Of a stretch of 64,000 nt of DNA, positions 61,298 to 64,000 are shown piece after piece. The notes beneath the pieces are model-generated. The model ran no database searches. It was not told the DNA's origin and was given only the letters and a program-made list of their open reading frames with translations. Position numbers and translations under genes: made by a program. How positions within the stretch are numbered: position 1 is the first letter of the stretch; each line of letters opens with the position of its first letter. Location: positions 124,001-188,000 of IMG/VR virus record IMGVR_UViG_3300032675_000001; one strand, given 5' to 3'.

Positions 61298-62764
61298 ATG
61301 GCATTGAATTCATCAAAGCTGCTAAGCGGTCGTGTCCCGGTAACACCATATACTCAGCTTTCTAATACTCGTTATCAATTTTTAGGGCTACCACAAGCGG
61401 AGCCTAGTTTGGGTGTACCTATTACGGATGGAAGTGTGTTTACTTCAACTGCAAATGGTATTAGAAGTTGGTCCAATGCGGTTAATCTTAACTCAAATGT
61501 TGTAACTTTTTATAATTCTTATTCTTTCCCAAATACAAATCCTTCTCGTGGTCAGTTATTGGTTGCTAATGGGAATGGTGGACTTGTATTTTATACTCCT
61601 ATCATCACTTCTGTATCCAATGCAAACAGTATTATCAATACATTTTCTAGTACAGGAAACGCTAATAATGGAAGCATTACCATGTCAGTTGACAATGTTT
61701 CCAATGTTGTTGTGGTCACGTCTACGGGATCAAACATTAACGGCGTACTAAATGTAACAGGTAATATTAGTGCTTCGCAGTTTATTTCAAATGTTGCAAC
61801 TGGTAATCCTCCTCTCGTAGTGACATCTACCACTCAGGTAGCTAATTTAAATGTTGCTACATCAGGAACTGCCGGTACAGTAACAACTAATGCACAACCA
61901 AACATAACATCTATAGGTAACCTAACATCACTGACGGTTAATGGTATAAGCAATTTGAGTTCAGTCAGTAATGTAAAAATAACTGGTGGTTCCAATAACT
62001 ATGTTCTTCAGACAGATGGAACTGGAAATCTTTCGTGGGTCTCCATAGGACAAGGTAATGGGATAGCCAACGGAAATTCAAACATAACTGCTGGGATCGC
62101 CAATGGAAACATTACGGTATCAATTGGTGGAATTTCAAATACGGTAATATTCACCACCACCGGAGTCAATGTAGCTGGAAATCTCACTGTAGTTGGGAAC
62201 ATAACCGATTCAAACACCGTCAGTGCAAACTATCTTATCTCTACTCAGGGGTGTGTTTCTGTATCACAAGGTGTTATTGCGGTAATAGGCAACAATGCTG
62301 GTATTTTTAACACATTGACAGGAAATATTAATATTGGGACAGAAGCCAATGTTACGTTTGGTTCGCCAACAGGTAATGTTACTTCTCAAGGGACATTTAC
62401 TGCTCCAAACATTGTAACCAGTGGAACGCTCAGTGCACAAAACATAACAGTTGGTGATCTCTATAGTGATAGAACGCCTATTACGGTAAGTGCTAATACA
62501 GTTATAGATTCATTTCCTATCAGTGAGTACAGATCGGCAAAATACACAATTAATGCTAGTACTTCCGGTGGATATCAGGCACTCGAGGTCCTATTAATCC
62601 ACGATAGTATAAATAGTATCACTACTGTTTATGGTAACTTAACTACCACCGGTTCTGATATTATAACGGTTGATTCAAGTATTAGCAGCAACGTAGTTCA
62701 ACTTTTGGCTACTGCAACTGGCGGAACTACTACTGTAAATCTTTTGGGAACTTATGTTCCATGA
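61298..62764 (+). CDS. Tail fibre-like virion protein
   Basis: Shares LQTDG.GNLSW, VTSTTQVANLN and AQPNITS.G.L repeats with its neighbours; C-terminal DSF....YRSAKY domain. Confidence 0.7.
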   Translation: MALNSSKLLSGRVPVTPYTQLSNTRYQFLGLPQAEPSLGVPITDGSVFTSTANGIRSWSNAVNLNSNVVTFYNSYSFPNTNPSRGQLLVANGNGGLVFYTPIITSVSNANSIINTFSSTGNANNGSITMSVDNVSNVVVVTSTGSNINGVLNVTGNISASQFISNVATGNPPLVVTSTTQVANLNVATSGTAGTVTTNAQPNITSIGNLTSLTVNGISNLSSVSNVKITGGSNNYVLQTDGTGNLSWVSIGQGNGIANGNSNITAGIANGNITVSIGGISNTVIFTTTGVNVAGNLTVVGNITDSNTVSANYLISTQGCVSVSQGVIAVIGNNAGIFNTLTGNINIGTEANVTFGSPTGNVTSQGTFTAPNIVTSGTLSAQNITVGDLYSDRTPITVSANTVIDSFPISEYRSAKYTINASTSGGYQALEVLLIHDSINSITTVYGNLTTTGSDIITVDSSISSNVVQLLATATGGTTTVNLLGTYVP

Positions 62765-62790
62765 TGTCTGATGATCTAGGATGATATAAA

Positions 62791-64000
62791 ATGAGTACAA
62801 AAAACTTTAACGTTAAAAACGGACTTACAGTAGGTGTTGCAAATATTGATGCCACAACTGGTAATACATATATTGGTAACTTAGTCACCAGTGGTCAGGC
62901 GAATCTTGCTTCATTGGTTGTTCCCGGCACTTCAAATCTGGGTCCGATTGGTAATGTTACGATAACTGGTGGTTCATCTGGGTATTATCTTCAAACCAAT
63001 GGATCAGGTGGTCTTTCTTGGGCATCAGTTCCTACTGGCACTGGCATTTCTAATGGCAACTCCAATGTTAATATTCCTGTTGCCAACGGAAACGTAAACA
63101 TTTCGTCTGCTGGTAACGCTAATATTGTAGTAGTTACGGGCACTGGTGCAAACGTTAATGGATCATTAACAGTAAGTGGTGTTAGTAACTTAGGGCCAGT
63201 CAGTAACGTTGTTATCACAGGTGGTACATCAGGATACTATCTACAAACCAATGGATCAGGTGTTCTTTCTTGGCAACCCATTTCAGTTGGCACTGCACTC
63301 CAGAATGGTAATTCAAATGTTACTGTAACTGCTAACTCAAATGTCAATACTTCTGTTGCGGGTGTTGCTAACGTATTCGTAGTAACGAGTACCGGAGCAA
63401 ACCTGACAGGCACATTTAACACCACAGGTAATGCTAACGTAGGTAATTTGGGAACAGCCGGATTAATCACCGCAACAGGTAACGTCACTGGCGGCAACCT
63501 GACCACTGGTGGTATAGTTTCTGCAACAGGTAACGTCACTGGTGGAAACTTGACTACTGGCGGTATAGTTTCTGCAACAGGTAACGTCACTGGCGGCAAT
63601 ATTACTACTGCTGGACAGCTTGTTTCATCTGTTTCAACTGGTACTGCCCCACTTGTCGTTACATCAACAACACAGGTAGCAAACTTGAATGTCGCTACAG
63701 CCGGTACTGCAAGCAATGCTGGAAACGTTCAGGCCAACACCTCAACAAGTTCTACGGTATATTTAACTGGCACAACAAGTGCTACGAACGCATACGTTTC
63801 TTTGAACTTCGTATCTGGCATTTATGCCAATATGAGCAACAACTCAATTACTGCAACTCAGTTTGTTGGTACTCACATCGGTAACGTACAGGCCACTGGT
63901 GCAAATGGTACGGTATTCGCAAACAATGTAACTATATCAGGTGCAGCAGGTGGAAACAGTAACGTTTCTACTGTAACCGGTAACTTGGGCTTAAGAACTA
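62791..64000 (+). CDS. Tail fibre-like protein, 5' part (runs off the window)
   Basis: ATG 62791, MSTKNFNVKNGL; GGSSGYYLQTNGSG.LSW repeats; continues toward the edge. Confidence 0.75.
   Translation, partial: MSTKNFNVKNGLTVGVANIDATTGNTYIGNLVTSGQANLASLVVPGTSNLGPIGNVTITGGSSGYYLQTNGSGGLSWASVPTGTGISNGNSNVNIPVANGNVNISSAGNANIVVVTGTGANVNGSLTVSGVSNLGPVSNVVITGGTSGYYLQTNGSGVLSWQPISVGTALQNGNSNVTVTANSNVNTSVAGVANVFVVTSTGANLTGTFNTTGNANVGNLGTAGLITATGNVTGGNLTTGGIVSATGNVTGGNLTTGGIVSATGNVTGGNITTAGQLVSSVSTGTAPLVVTSTTQVANLNVATAGTASNAGNVQANTSTSSTVYLTGTTSATNAYVSLNFVSGIYANMSNNSITATQFVGTHIGNVQATGANGTVFANNVTISGAAGGNSNVSTVTGNLGLRT
63472..63615 (+). repeat. 51-bp tandem repeat (about 3 copies) encoding ATGNVTGGNLTTGGIVS
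   Basis: GCAACAGGTAACGTCACTGG at 63472, 63523 and 63574. Confidence 0.85.

Noticed and set aside
63472-63615. Regularly spaced repeats resembling a CRISPR array
   Set aside because: In-frame 51-bp coding repeats with near-identical 'spacers'; no cas genes in the window
1-64000. Stop-codon reassignment, tRNA genes, or a diversity-generating retroelement
   Set aside because: Genes are full length in the standard code; no cloverleaf, reverse transcriptase or adenine-specific TR/VR pair was seen by eye

Overview
The window is a 64-kb piece of a large T4-related myophage, probably a jumbo phage (inference), read in the standard bacterial code. The left part (minus strand, 1-31.6 kb) is a baseplate operon: a giant 6326-aa wedge/fibre protein, gp6, gp25, a gp5/VgrG-like spike with a very long Ala/Ser/Gly tail, a hub protein, and gp53/LysM-like and gp48-like proteins. 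The middle holds the gp55-like late sigma factor, gp47/gp46 (Mre11/Rad50) with two free-standing homing endonucleases, an Hjc-like resolvase, a ~600-nt densely structured non-coding element, and a gp26-like gene followed by a -1 frameshift signal. The right part (plus strand) holds two paralogous tape-measure-like proteins with different peptidoglycan-hydrolase tips, the head module (portal, core proteins, protease, scaffold, major capsid), an HNH endonuclease, small accessory genes (kinase-like, dioxygenase-like) and a tail-fibre cluster. The best candidates for new biology are: (1) the 38.19-38.76 kb element, with RNA-type tetraloop hairpins followed by ssDNA-type cGAAg hairpins (a candidate large ncRNA or RNA-primed origin); (2) an unannotated G/GT-type -1 ribosomal frameshift; (3) leaderless late transcripts; (4) a kinase-like protein with a putative capsid-targeting tag; (5) an apparently recoded 3' end of the capsid gene next to an HNH endonuclease. 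All product calls come from motifs and gene order read by eye; no database searches were run.
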